A stretch of 64,000 nt of DNA, from NCBI GenBank assembly GCA_010093605.1, contig MU004181.1, forward strand, positions 3,596,001 to 3,660,000. Direction: 5' to 3'. This DNA comes from Lophium mytilinum (Eukaryota). This document shows positions 9,739-22,859 of the stretch, piece after piece (within the stretch, counting starts at the first letter, position 1; each line of letters begins with the position of its first letter). Both the position numbers and the translations under genes were made by a program. The notes beneath the pieces are model-generated. The model was not told where the DNA came from, did not search any database, and was given only the letters and a program-made list of their open reading frames with translations.

Positions 9739-11621
9739 ATGAAGTTCTCATCGACACTTATGTCGGCCGTGCTGGCCTCTGCGGTTCTTGCGAACCCAGT
9801 GGCGCAGCAGTCAGGCCGACCTGTCTTTTCCCCTCGGCCTGGACTATCGTACCCTTCGCCGTCTTCTTCTGCTTCTCCTACGCCTTCGCCTGTGGTAGAG
9901 GAGACACTGGCACCAGAGTCTCCCGCTCCGATTGCCCCTCAAAATAACGGCGGCAGACCGACAAACAACTTCCCTAGCAACCAGGGCGGCGGCGGCCAGA
10001 ATGGTGGAAACAGTCAAGGCAACGAAAACCCTCATAGCGGTGTAGGCCAGAACGGTGGAAGCCAGAACGGTGGAGGCCAAACTCCCTCTAACCCTTGGGG
10101 CGGCGGAAACCCTCAGGGCAACGATAACTCTCACGGCGGCTGGGGCGATGGAAACTCTCCAGGCGGGAAGCCCCCGACTGGGGGTTGGAAACCTCCAACT
10201 GGAGGCTGGGGAAACAAGAAGCCGCCTACCAATCGCCCAGACCATGGGCCGAACTACCATCGTACTCCAAAAACATACTACCTCCAAGTCATTAGGTAAG
10301 TAGACCATCCGGTCACCCGCGAGGTCAGTACTAACATTTTTCAGTGACAACAAAGATATCAACAAGCAGCTCGTCAAGTTTGAGGCTTACGGACCAGGAA
10401 ACATGGCAGGTATTTATCTCGACTCTGATGAAGCTCCATATAAGTTCACTTTCGAGAACGAGACTTTCGCTCCCCATGATCCCAAGTGGAAAGACCCCTC
10501 TGATCCAGGGAGTGGCGCCTGGCATGGCAGCTCTCCCTTCGATACACCTGGCGGCGAGTACATGACCACAGAAAAGCGTGCCATTGAGCGTCGTCAACGG
10601 CTAGGCCAGAACGGAGGTCAGCAGAACGGAGGTCAGCAGAATGGAGGCCAGCAAAGTGGTGGCAATGACGACTGGGATTCGAAGCAAGGCTGGGGCGATA
10701 ATGATGACCATAACGACTGGGGCAAGGACGACGACAACGACGACAACGATAACTGGGACCAAAAGAAAGGCTGGGGCAAGGACGGCGACGACGACGACAA
10801 TGATAACTGGGACCAAAAGAAAGGCTGGGGCAATAAGCCGTGGGGCGATGACCAATGGAAGCACAGCCACCATGACCAGGACAAGATCGCTGAGTTCTGG
10901 GGGTATCCAGCAGTTCCATACGGCAGGTACACTGATCAGCTGGCCTTCGTTCAGTACCCTGGGAGCAGCCTGCGCCACGTCGAAGACGTCTTCCGGGACG
11001 GATCTGGCGGGTTCATTGGCATCAACGGTGTTGGTGTTGACGTTGAGCCAGACAAGTTTGAGACCGAAGGACGTCGCTACGGTGGCCTGCCTGGCGAAGA
11101 GATTGTGTACGGCGGTGACTCTGAAGATCAAGGTAGATGGATTGCTGTTGAGAAGCCTGGACCGGACTGCAGCTGGGTGATCTACTGGTGGGACGGAAAG
11201 TGGTTCCCCTGTAAGTATCTGCCACCCTGTTTGAGTTTACTCGTGCTAACACCCATTAGGGCAACACGACAGGCCAAGACGATACGAAAAGATCAAGGTC
11301 CTCGCCGTCGACTCCAACAACGTCGACTATGGGTTTGAGCCGCAATACGATGACGATAAAGATGGGCACGATAAAGGCCCTGGGGGCGACAAAGGTCCAG
11401 GGGGTGATAAGGGCCCTGGAGGTCAAGGGCCCTGGGGCCAAGATTCTCACGGTCAAGGGCCCTCGGGTCAAGATTCTCACGGTCAAGGTCCGTCCTGGGG
11501 TGGCCAAGATTCTCACAGTCAAGGGCCCTCGGGTCAAGATTCCCATGGTCAAGGTCCGTCCTGGGGTGGTCAAAACTCCAACGGTAACGGTCCTTGGGGT
11601 GATGATGGAAACAACCCTTGA
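9739..11621 (+). CDS. Secreted Gly/Asn/Asp/Trp-rich repetitive protein (cell-wall or extracellular) with a split globular domain
   Basis: Signal peptide MKFSSTLMSAVLASAVLANP. Introns at 10296-10344 and ~11211-11258. Repeats QNGGQ, DNWDQKKGWG, GDKGPG and GQDSHGQGPS. Stop TGA at 11619-11621. Confidence 0.85.
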
Positions 11622-12765
11622 GTTTCTTCCAGAGTCGCGACTTGGCTAGGTTTGGTGGGCCTGATCCTTCCTCGACTTTCCCACTCGTGCCCCGGATGAG
11701 GCTGGTAGAAGTCTCATGTTAGGTGAGCTGTGTGGGTGGCCATTGCTGCAATGGAGCGTTTTCTGGAATTGTTTGTTTTAATTAGTTCGTCAGGTTCGTT
11801 TCTCCTACAAAATCGATCATTCGCTGTACCACAACGCACGCATACACTTAATGCTAATGTATTTCTGATGTTCATTGCATGCTTGCCACTATTTGAGCGG
11901 GTCCTTGTTCAGTGACCGTCGTTATCCGTGGAAAGCAAAAGGGGTGCTGACACAGTGGCAACCGGCGATATATTTGCATCTCTGACTCGAATTGAAGCGG
12001 TTTCGTGTGTGCTGATTGTAAATGCACCAGACAGAGGAACAGGTTTCACGTGATTTCTAAGAATGTGGCGGATCAGCGGGCGTAATCAATTCGTAAATCT
12101 CGGTCCACGGTAACTCCGTTTCTAAAACCAGTTAGTGTATAGCTTAAGACCTCTCTCTCGCTTTATAGAACCAAGGAAGCAGATTATGACTATGATTGAA
12201 ACGATGATGAAGAAAGGTCATCTTGAGCTACGCAAAGGCTAGAAAACAAGATGACTTGAGTCATACCACCGAAATAGAGAAGTTCCAAAGACGACTGTGG
12301 CATGAGTCTGCTCGCACGAGGCACAACTATGGATATGACTTCATACTAATACTAGGAATGACTCACCGCGGTCTTCTCGAAGCCAGAGCTTCAGGGCGGC
12401 TGAATGTATGTAGCAGCTGATGGTGACTCTTCATCTGGATTGTGGTTCGATGGCCAAATGGGATGAAAGAAGGCAGTGCGTGCCGTTTAGCCCGTCGGAT
12501 TTAGCGAAGCGCTGCCCCACCAACCGAAAACTCCTGCTCTTCTATCGAGCTGCCTCCCGACCTTCTCCCCTTCTCCACCGCCTCGACTTTCACTGTCGCC
12601 GTCCTAGCCTCTTCTACAGAGCGCTCCAGCTTCGTGCATCAAGCCTACACAGGCAAACCAGCAGCCCACCAGCGTTCTCGAGAACGCATCATTTCTATCG
12701 AAGCGGGGTACTTGGCCTCGACACCACCAGAGTTTTAACCACCAAACCCCAACAACACCGCCATC

Positions 12766-15665
12766 ATGGTCAAGTAAGTCTCCATCATCCTCATCTCCCG
12801 TCAGATCGAGAATGAGGCCCGCTGCGCTGGGCTTGTCTCCGCTCTACCATCCTCCCATTCTCTACGTCGATACTCAAGCAAGAACAATATGCTGACATAT
12901 TCTCACCAGCTTCACCGTCGAAGAGGTACGCCACGATACGAACACGATGAAATATGGGATATCAATGCTGACAATACTGAAAGATCCGTGGTCTCATGGA
13001 CTCTGCGGCCAACATCCGTAACATGTCCGTCATTGCACATGGTGAGTTGGCACCCACCTGTTCGTATTACCCCACGGCATTGTTCTAACTTGAGGAAATT
13101 GCGTAGTCGACCACGGAAAATCCACCTTGACCGACTCCCTCGTCCAGCGTGCCGGTATTATCTCTGCGGCGAATGCAGGCAAGGCCCGGTTTACGGACAC
13201 TCGAGCCGATGAGCAGGAGCGTGGTGTCACGATCAAGTCGACAGCCATCTCACTGTACGCCGAACTCAATGATCCCGAGGACATGAAGGATATCCCGGTC
13301 AAGGTCGACAAGAACGAGTTCTTGATCAACTTGATCGACTCCCCTGGTCACGTTGATTTCTCTTCTGAAGTCACCGCCGCTCTTCGTGTCACTGACGGTG
13401 CCCTCGTCGTCGTCGACACTGTTGAAGGTGTGTGCGTGCAAACCGAGACTGTGCTCCGACAGGCTCTTGGTGAGCGTATCAAGCCTGTCGTCATCATCAA
13501 CAAGGTCGATCGTGCCCTCCTTGAACTTCAAGTTTCCAAGGAAGATCTGTACCAGAACTTTTCTCGTGTCATCGAGTCCGTCAACGTCGTTATCGCCACC
13601 TACTTCGACAAGGTTCTTGGCGATGTCCAGGTCTACCCCGACAAGGGCACCATCGCTTTCGGTTCCGGTCTCCATGGCTGGGCTTTCACTGTGCGCCAGT
13701 TTGCCGGCAGATACGCGAAGAAGTTCGGTGTCGACAAGAACAAGATGATGGAGCGCCTATGGGTAAGGGAAACCAGCAATTTTGCTTTAAAAGTGACTGG
13801 AGCTAACAAATTCAACAGGGTGACAACTACTTCAACCCGAAGACCAAGAAGTGGACCAAGAATGGTACTCACGAGGGCAAGCAACTCGAGCGCGCTTTCA
13901 ATCAGTTCATCCTCGACCCGATCTTCAGAATCTTCAACGCCGTCATGAACTTCAAGACGGACGAGATCCCCACGCTCCTCGAGAAGCTTGAGATCAAGCT
14001 GACCTCAGACGAGAAGGATCTTGAAGGAAAGGCGCTGCTGAAGGTCGTCATGAGGAAGTTCTTGCCAGCGGCTGATGCTCTTCTCGAGATGATGATTCTG
14101 CATCTCCCATCTCCCGTCACCGCCCAGAAGTACCGTATGGAGACCCTCTACGAAGGGCCCCATGACGACGTCAACGCCATTGGTATCCGAGACTGCGATC
14201 CCAAGGGTCCCCTCATGTTGTACGTCTCTAAGATGGTGCCAACTTCCGATAAAGGCCGTTTCTACGCTTTCGGCCGTGTCTTCTCCGGTACCGTCAAGTC
14301 TGGCTTGAAGGTCCGCATCCAGGGACCGAACTACACCCCTGGCAAGAAGGACGATCTCTTCATCAAGGCTGTCCAGCGTACCATTCTCATGATGGGCCGG
14401 TTCGTTGAGCCCATTGAGGATGTGCCCGCCGGTAACATTCTCGGTCTCGTCGGTATTGATCAGTTCTTGCTCAAGTCTGGTACTTTGACCACCAACGAAA
14501 CCGCGCACAACCTGAAGGTCATGAAGTTCTCCGTTTCCCCCGTCGTTCAACGCTCCGTCGAAGTCAAGAATGCCCAGGATCTGCCCAAGTTGGTTGAAGG
14601 TCTGAAGCGTCTGTCCAAGTCGGATCCTTGCGTATTGACCTATATCTCCCCATCCGGTGAGCACGTTGTTGCCGGCGCCGGTGAGCTCCATTTGGAGATC
14701 TGCTTGAAGGACTTGGAGGAAGATCACGCCGGTGTTCCCCTTCGCGTCTCAGACCCCGTCGTCCAGTACCGTGAGACTGTCAGCAAGAGCTCCAGCATCA
14801 CGGCGCTCTCCAAGTCACCGAACAAGCACAATCGCCTGTACGTTATCGCCCAGCCTTTGGACGAGGAGGTGGCTCAAGCCATCGAAGCGGGCAAGATTAG
14901 TCCCCGTGACGATATCAAGGCTCGCGCTCGTATCCTTGCCGATGACTTCGGTTGGGACGTCACAGATGCCCGTAAGATTTGGTGCTTCGGCCCCGATACC
15001 AGCGGCGCCAACTTGCTCGTCGACCAGACCAAGGCTGTGCAGTACCTGAGCGAAATCAAGGACTCCGTTGTCTCTGGTTTCCAATGGGCAACCAAGGAAG
15101 GTCCCGTAGCCGAAGAGCCGATGCGATCCGTGCGTTTCAACATTATGGATGTCACTCTCCATGCCGACGCTATCCATCGCGGAGGTGGACAGATCATCCC
15201 TACTACTCGTCGTGTCCTTTACGCTGCCACTCTTCTTGCGGAGCCAGGTCTCCAGGAGCCCATCTACATGGTCGAGATCACTGTGCCCGAGCAAGCTATG
15301 GGCGGTATCTACGGTGTGCTTACCCGGAGGAGAGGTCACGTTTTCGAAGAGTCCCAGCGTGTCGGTACTCCTCTCTTCAACGTCAAGGCCTACCTGCCCG
15401 TCAACGAGTCTTTCGGTTTCACTGCCGATCTACGCTCGAATACCGCCGGCCAGGCGTTCCCACAGTTGGTGTTCGACCACTGGAAGATCCTGCCCGGTGG
15501 ATCGCCGCTTGACAAGACGACGATGACTGGTAAGATTGTGGAGGATATGCGGAAGAGGAAGGGTATCAAGCTCGAAGTGCCCGGTGTTGAGAACGTAAGT
15601 TGCCTCTCATGGAACCTGAGCGAACGATTGCTAACAAGGCTACGCAGTACTACGACAAGCTATAG
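12766..15665 (+). CDS. EFT2: Translation elongation factor 2
   Basis: Exons of 8 nt (ATGGTCAA) and 16 nt, then [33 protein letters not shown] and the diphthamide loop [13 protein letters not shown]. The last exon reads YYDKL*. Five introns. Confidence 0.98.
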
Positions 15666-16735
15666 AGAGATCCTATCAAAAGCGATAGATTTCCTTATTT
15701 TTCAAAGCTTGGAGGTAACCCGGAGCTGCTCGCCCGCAGGGGCCGTGCTTTCCCTGCGCAACGTGTCAACGAAAACATTATGAGCATCTCTGGAGGAGTC
15801 TAGGGACTAGTTGACGATGACGGGCATCTGGGGTGCGAGAAATGACCGAGGGTAGTTCCAGCGGTCGATGGCCTTTTCCTTTTGCATGTTCTGCTTTGTG
15901 ATGTAATCGTGGGACTAGAAATAAGAACCACATGAACACAACTCTTTGCTTTCCTGTGATGTTTGACCTGCTTTGAGCCGGAGAGCAGATGCCCCATGTG
16001 CAGTTAAACGGTTTTGACAACGCTGGTAGCTCTCCGGGTCACTTCAGACCGGTTATGCTCGAGAGAGCTGCGCCGCTAAAACCTGAGTGGTTACCTCGAA
16101 CAAGTTTACAGCACTGAAACTAAACCCACTTCCTGTGGTTCAATATTGCGGTCGTGTGTACACCTGTCTGCCACTGCTTGAAGCCCTTCAAAAAGTTTCC
16201 AGATAGCCCAAAGCTGAGAGGTTTTACCTCGTTTACATTTCGAAAGATGTACTGAAGCACCCCAAACAGCGGTAGACAAATGTGTAAGGGGCGGACTGCG
16301 GGTTGAGTGTGCCACCTTTTTAATGCTCCGCGAGTGCGGCCACCAGATTGAGCGAGCTAGATTGGTGAGTTTTGGGGGCCATGGCCGCAATGTGCTACAC
16401 GCCCTGCAGAATCGCCACGACGGCAGCATCAGGATTAAAGGATTCAGCACCGTACCGCTGTCACAGTTGCTGGTTTTGATAGTAAAGATTCCTTCGGAGA
16501 CACGTATAGCATATATATTCAATCCTCACCAAATCATCGTCAAATGTTCACTTCAAGTGGGGCGTATGTTAAATGCAGGACTTTTTTGTTCATGTGTATG
16601 ACAGTCGTACGAGGTACTTCAGCATAGTCGAGACAGTTAGAGCGAGCTGTAAGGATCCACAAGCTACAGAGTGAGGTCTTTACTTACTGCACTGTATGCA
16701 CACACGCCCACCACAACTGGGAAAGAGTCCCCAAC

Positions 16736-18524
16736 CTAACAGATCCAGGCCCAGAGCCTCTCGAGGAAGTTCCTCGGGGCCTGTTCCGGCCAGACATGCT
16801 CGTCCATCGTCGACTTCCCGGTCCAGATATCCGCCGCAGCCGGTTTGACGAAGCCGGGCCGCTTCCAGATCTTCCACACGGCGTAGAGGAGGAAGTAGAT
16901 CGGGATGCCGATATACGCGGTGATGAAGTCCTGTACCGCCCAGTGGGCCTTTGTGAAGACGGCGAAGCCGTTGAAGAGGATGATCATGGCGAAGTAGATG
17001 AGGGCGAACCAGGCTGTGTAGGGCTGAAAGCGGGACTTGAAAACGAGGGTGTCGCGGTCGACGCCCTGGGCAATGAGCGCGCTGCGGAAGCGGAGGTAGG
17101 CGACGCAGATGCTGCACCAGGTGAACAATTGGGCGATGGTGGTCAGGGCTTGGAACCAGATGAAGACGTCGTTGGCGTTGGAGGAAACGCTCATGTAGGT
17201 TAGGAGAGAGCCGGCGGCCGTGATCCAGACGCAGTTATATGGTACGCCGGCTTTGGAGCACTTGAGAAGGCATCTGGGTGCGTGTCCGTTCTGTGCAACA
17301 CCGAAGAGGTAACGAGATCCCGTGTACAGGTACGCGTTGGCTGAGGAAGCGGCGGAGGTCAAGATGACAGCGTTGATAATGGAGGGGAGGGCAGGGATGC
17401 CGGCGCTGTAGATGGCGATGACCCAGGGAGAGCGAGCTGCACCGGCCGCCTTTGATAGGAGCTTCTTTTCGTTGGACGGCACGAGCACACCGATCGCGAG
17501 AGAGCCCAAGACGTACAAGAAGAAGACGCGCCAGAAGACACGCTTGACAGCCTTGGGAATGTTCTTCCGTGGGTTCCTGGTTTCGCCTCCAGCGACGGCA
17601 ACTATCTCCACACCCCCCCAGGAGAAGGCAGCGTTGAGAAGAGTTGAGAATAAGCCGAGGAAGCGTCCAGAATTGCCAGTACCAATGTATTCCTTCATAG
17701 CGCCCGGGTTCTTCCAGTAGCGGAATCCAATACGGTCTTTGTTTGGTCCTCCTCCTAGGTCAAGAATGAGAGCTAGCAGAAGTAAGCCAACGAGGGTGAT
17801 GATCTTGGCGGAGGCGAAGATGAACGCGGCTTCTCCGTACACGGAAACGACGAGGATGTTCAAGCAGACGACGACGAGGATGATGATCGAAATCCAAGCA
17901 GCTATGCTGATTGTGTTATTCCAGAACTCAACAACGACGGCTGCAGCAGCAATCTCAGCGCACACCGTAATGCACGAATGATACTAAAAAAGTCAGTAAT
18001 TGATGCGGATTTGATCTTTATGAGAGGTGTGACTTGCATACCCAGTTGTTCCATCCAACAGCGAATCCCATGGCCGGGTCGACGTAACGAGAGCAGTACT
18101 GAGGAATGGCGCCGGGGAGGGGAAGCCAGGTGGCCATCTCACAGAGACACTGCAGCATGGCGAATACGGCGAGGCCAGTGATAGTATATCCAAGCAACAC
18201 GGAGAGAGGGCCTGCAGTAGCGAAAGCGCTACCGATACCCAGAAACAGACCAGTTCCAATAGTAGCACCGAGCGCAATGAACTGAACGTGACGAGACTTG
18301 AGACTATTGTCTGAATTAGATCCGATACCGCAACAGACGCCAGGACGGAAAGATCCTTACCCTCGCTGGACGTTTTTATACCGTTCAGCCGTAGCTAGGT
18401 CGCCATACAGAGCCGTAGCTTCGTCAATAGCATTGCGCTTGGCGTTGGACATGTGGTTGACATCTTTGTAGTCGGTAAGTACAGAGGCGGCGTTGATCGA
18501 ACACTGGTACGTGTCGGACGCCAT
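16736..18524 (-). CDS. Amino acid permease (APC/YAT family, Put4/PrnB-like)
   Basis: GLKSRHVQFIALGATIGTGLFLG, EMATWLPLPGAIPQYCSRYVDPAMGFAVGWNNW, GETRNPRKNIPKAVKRVFWR. Two introns near 18.0 and 18.3 kb. Confidence 0.92.
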
Positions 18525-18687
18525 CGTGAAGCACGAGTGGTGCTGAAGTAAGGGAGAGACGAGTGAAAGTCTGAAGAAGAGGAGAAAGAGTGGATAGAAG
18601 GTTACGCGACGAGCACGAGATGGAGCACGAGGAAGAGGCCGGGCCTAGCCGCGCGTTAGTTGAACGAATTGGAATTGCTCAGTAGAA

Positions 18688-18763
18688 GATAAGTTGCCGT
18701 TAGCGATAAGGTCTTTACAATTCACAGCAGGCTGCCTCCTGGGTACATCAGTGGGCGGTGGGG
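18688..18763. promoter_or_regulatory. Paired GATAAG sites plus a SYGGRG site upstream of the permease (possible AreA/CreA control)
   Basis: GATAAG at 18688 and 18705; GTGGGG at 18758. These are 160-240 bp upstream of the ATG. Short motifs only. Confidence 0.35.
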
Positions 18764-20159
18764 GAGTGCTTGTTGGCTCATGAGCTGCCATCCATAGTCA
18801 GGGATTGATCATCCTAGGAGGTTAAGGTTATTGTGTTGCACGTCTTCAGAGGTGTAAGACTAGACGCGTCTCCAGCCAAATAGCCTGCCCAACTCGGATT
18901 AGAGCAAGCAGAAGACTGTTTTGCAAGAACATGATCGATTGCTAGGGCGCCGGAAGGCGGGGGACTGTGACGACGCGAATTAGGTGGTAGGTCTATGTCC
19001 CGGTCTAATAGACCAGGCGGCCAGATAGCGAATGTCTATGCAGATGTAGATCTGGGGATTTTGTTAGACCTAGGATGAGGAAGGAAGATCAGATGAGATT
19101 GTGATGTTCTATCTACGAGTTCTACGTCTATCTGATATACCTGCTCAGGTATACAATAACAAAGAAAGGTGTTTGGTGTGAAACAGCAAACAGCCGTGCA
19201 TACAAATTTGATTGAAGCTGAGATGGAAGAGGCTAGAAACCAACAGATTTGGGGATCGTGCTGCCGGCGAGCGTCGTCGAGCTCGGTTGATGCGGAAAGT
19301 AGCAATAGCTGGGATGGAGAGGCAGACCTTCTAGCGTGATTCTAGCGCTCTTCCCTGCATGCGCCTCCCAAGCATCATCCCCCACAAGCTACTACGCAGG
19401 CGGTTGGAAAGGCCCGAGTACCGGCTTAGGCGTCTTGGTCACCAGCATCATGTAGAATCTCTTTTCAGGGTTGGGTATGAGTCTCATCTTAGGAGCGCAG
19501 CGTAGAAAGCCATCGGAAACCATAGGTCATCCTCGCGATCGAGCATCACAAGTAGTAGAACAACGCAATCAATCGATTTCCAGAGTCTCAATTTCTCCTT
19601 TATCTACCTACGACAGCCCATGCCGCGATTGCAAGAACCCCTCGCCCCCTGCCTAGGGAAATGCAAAGAGCACAAGCTGCACAGCCCTCACTTCTCGGGC
19701 CCGTAAGACGTATCTCATTGCGCATAACCAGTGTACCAAAAAATAGTAGAGTAAAGCATGGTGGGTAATGGGCTTGTGTTTGGAGGTGGGAGACGAGAAC
19801 GGGGACCGATAATCTCGAGACTCATCCATCCATTCATTCAGCTGCGATGATAAACCACCACCCTACCTATCATCGATATCAAGCCTCGGGCCAGTCCGAG
19901 CACTCATCTAGAGAAGAGCATCGTCAAGGGCGGAACATAGAAAGACGCCTATCCCCATCCCTCCTCCGATGCCATTAGAAAACGCCTCCTTTGAACAGAA
20001 GGTAAAAGAAATCTCACCCCGTCATGCAAAGCCCTTTGGCGATTGCAATCTTTAAGCCCATATGGCAGACAGACACCATCCCATGTTTATGCCCCAAAAA
20101 CAGATTTGCGGGATTGAAGACCAGAAAAAAGAGGTCCAGGAACAACAAGCTGCACCGCT

Positions 20160-22859
20160 TTATGCCAGGTAGCCTAGCTCGTCCCCTTCCAAGCGCTCGA
20201 GATACTCTTTCTCCAGAAGGATGTCGATGCATTTCTTGATATCGGGCACCCGCGGCGAGAATCGGCTCTTGATCTGGCCGATAGTCTCCGAGACGAGCTG
20301 CTGGTGCTTCATCTTCTTGCGGGACTTCATGATACGCACAATAGCAGACTGAGAAAATTGTTAGCATGTGGGGCGGAGTGAGATAGCTGTGGTCACTAAC
20401 CTGCATGAGGAGCTTTCGGTCTTCCTCAATAGTCTTGTGGGTATCCTCGGCTTCTTGCTTTTGCTCAGACTTGATTCCGATATTCAGATTGATCTTCATC
20501 TTCTTGGTCTTGAAGCCCGTATTAAGTTTGTAGACCGTGCCGGCCTCAGGCTTCGCACCGTCTGGCGACGCAATCACAATCTTTGCCTTGACAAAGACTC
20601 CGATGCTGGGATCCAAAGTCTCCTTCGCCAGTTTCGTGGCCTCCGCCATCTCCTCGTAGGACACGGTGTCGTTGTCGTTGAAGAGCAACAGCAGAGCCAT
20701 CTGGTAGGTAGAGACCTGAAGTGTCGGAGAGGCCTTGGTGTTAGGCATCTTGATGTAATTCGCCTTCATCTCACCCTTGCACAGCTGCCATAGCCAGGTG
20801 AGCTTGCGACCCTGGTGCTTGTGGTTGTAGAACTTGGCGAAGCGCTCATAGGTCTTGTTGATCTCAATAGGAGCCACGAACGGCGTCACGGGCGGATTCA
20901 GCGGCCAGAAACCCGTGCCGAGGATGTTGTAGGTAGCATCAACGAAGTTCTTGACGTCTTCCCGCTCGAAAGTATCGTTTACCCAGTCCTTGTACGAAGT
21001 GTTGAGATCTTTCGAGATCTGCATGTCCTGGAACATGCGCTGGAGCTTATTAGTGTACTCGAAACCGCAAGCCTCTTTGAGTTTGCTGATCATGCTAGTC
21101 TCCGCATCATCGGATGCCGACGAGGTTTGTACAAGACGTTTGGCCAGCATTCGAGAGTAGAACTTCTGGAAAACATCCTTATCCTCAATATACTTGAAGA
21201 CAGTCATGATTTGGGTCAGAAGCTTCTCCATGTCATCCTCTTCCGTCATTTTAGCTGTCGACTTCTTCAGGAGATTGTCGGTATACTTGGCAAGCAGCTC
21301 AGGCGACTTGTTCGAGCCAGACTTGCAGATCTTGTTCCGATTGACGAATTCTCGGCAGGCATTGTCCAGAGAGCGCACGAACTCCGACTCGCCGTTGAAA
21401 GCTCGGTTGACGAGGTCTTGATACTGGGTATGGACCTCAAGAAGTGCCTCCACGTAGACCTTGGGCTCCAGGCTATCTCCTTCTGCCGAGACCTTCTCCA
21501 CTGCAGCTAGGCCAGCTTTCCGGACGTGTGTCTCGAACCGGTTGCGTAGCGGATCCAGTCCATCGGGAATCCGAGCTAGAAGCTTGTACATCCGACCTAG
21601 GTCATCTTGCCGATCTTGATCTAGGAGACTCTGGAACTCATCGCGCAGGATCGCGGAGTGATTAGTAATAAGAGATTGCTCGCAAGTGCGCATGAGCGGA
21701 GTCATGATCTCGTTAAGGAGGTACAGCGGCACACGCTCCTTCTCCTCGTCCAGACGGGCCTCAGCTTTCTTCATATACTCCACAACGTTGTTCTCCGCAA
21801 GGAACTGTTTCGACTCCGTATCGTAATACTCCGCAGTGGAAACAAGGAACGGCTTCTCGAAGTACTCCTTGTACACGTCCAGAGTCGACTTCGTGCTGTC
21901 GGATTCGTCCAATCCCAACGAAACGAAGGAGTCTACGACGCTCTTGATATGAGACTGCTCGATAGTTTCGCCATTGCGCTGCTTCTCAACGAGCTTGAGG
22001 ACCGAGCGCATCACGCTATCTTGCGTGCCGAGGAACATGTCATCCTTCCATCGAACGAGATGCAATGTATAGATGTCATAAATGTTCTTCTTTCCCTCAT
22101 CCATTTCCCGCTTCACCCAATGGCGGTTGAGATATCGGAACAAGTGGTTGTTGTATTGGCCTGCAGTAGTGTAGCGGTTCCATTCTTTGATGTAGTACGT
22201 GAGCAGCGCCTCGTCAACGTGGTCGCGTGATCGCTCTTGAACACCCCGGAGGTGGTCCTGAAGGTATGTGATGAGGTGCTGGTACAGATCCTCTCCAAGG
22301 AGATGGGCTAGAATACGCGTTAGCAAACAAGTTCAGGAAAACGAAAGGATGGGTGAGGATCACCACCTCCCCGGTTCTGATGACCGGTAAAGCCACCTGA
22401 GCCAACCGCCTTCTGGGCTGTGCAGAAGTTATGGATCGCTGTGTAGAGGCCCATGTACGTCTTCATGTCCATTCCGCCGCGTAGGTCGTTCATGATCTTC
22501 TCCACGCCCGCTTCGAGGTAGTTCCATCTATGAATGTGATTAGCTACTGCACAGTCAAGCTTGAAGCGCCTCTTGGAAGCCCCCAACACTTTGCGAGTCC
22601 GGTACCGGGAGCATCTCGGGTTGTGTCGCGAAATGCTCAAAGTATGTTGCTGAGCGAAGCACCGCAGTGGGCGCTCGTTCAGTTCCCAAGCAGCAGGCAG
22701 GGCGGGCAAGAGACACTGAAGCCATCGCCAAAGGCTCTATCCAGGGAGAACTTACGTTGCTTTAACATCATCCTTCTGCGGCATCGGGGGCATGCCAGAG
22801 GCATCGGGGGTGGATGTCCCGCTGGGCGTCGCCGTACGAGAAACCGGAGTCGACGACAT
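20160..22859 (-). CDS. CUL1: Cullin-1 (SCF scaffold)
   Basis: [49 protein letters not shown] and [11 protein letters not shown] (neddylation site). Three introns, the first at 22528-22755. Confidence 0.96.

Noticed and set aside
14005..15339. Long antisense ORFs over EF2, and similar ones over cullin, the permease and the 9739 gene
   Set aside because: These are shadow ORFs caused by biased codon usage on the sense strand.
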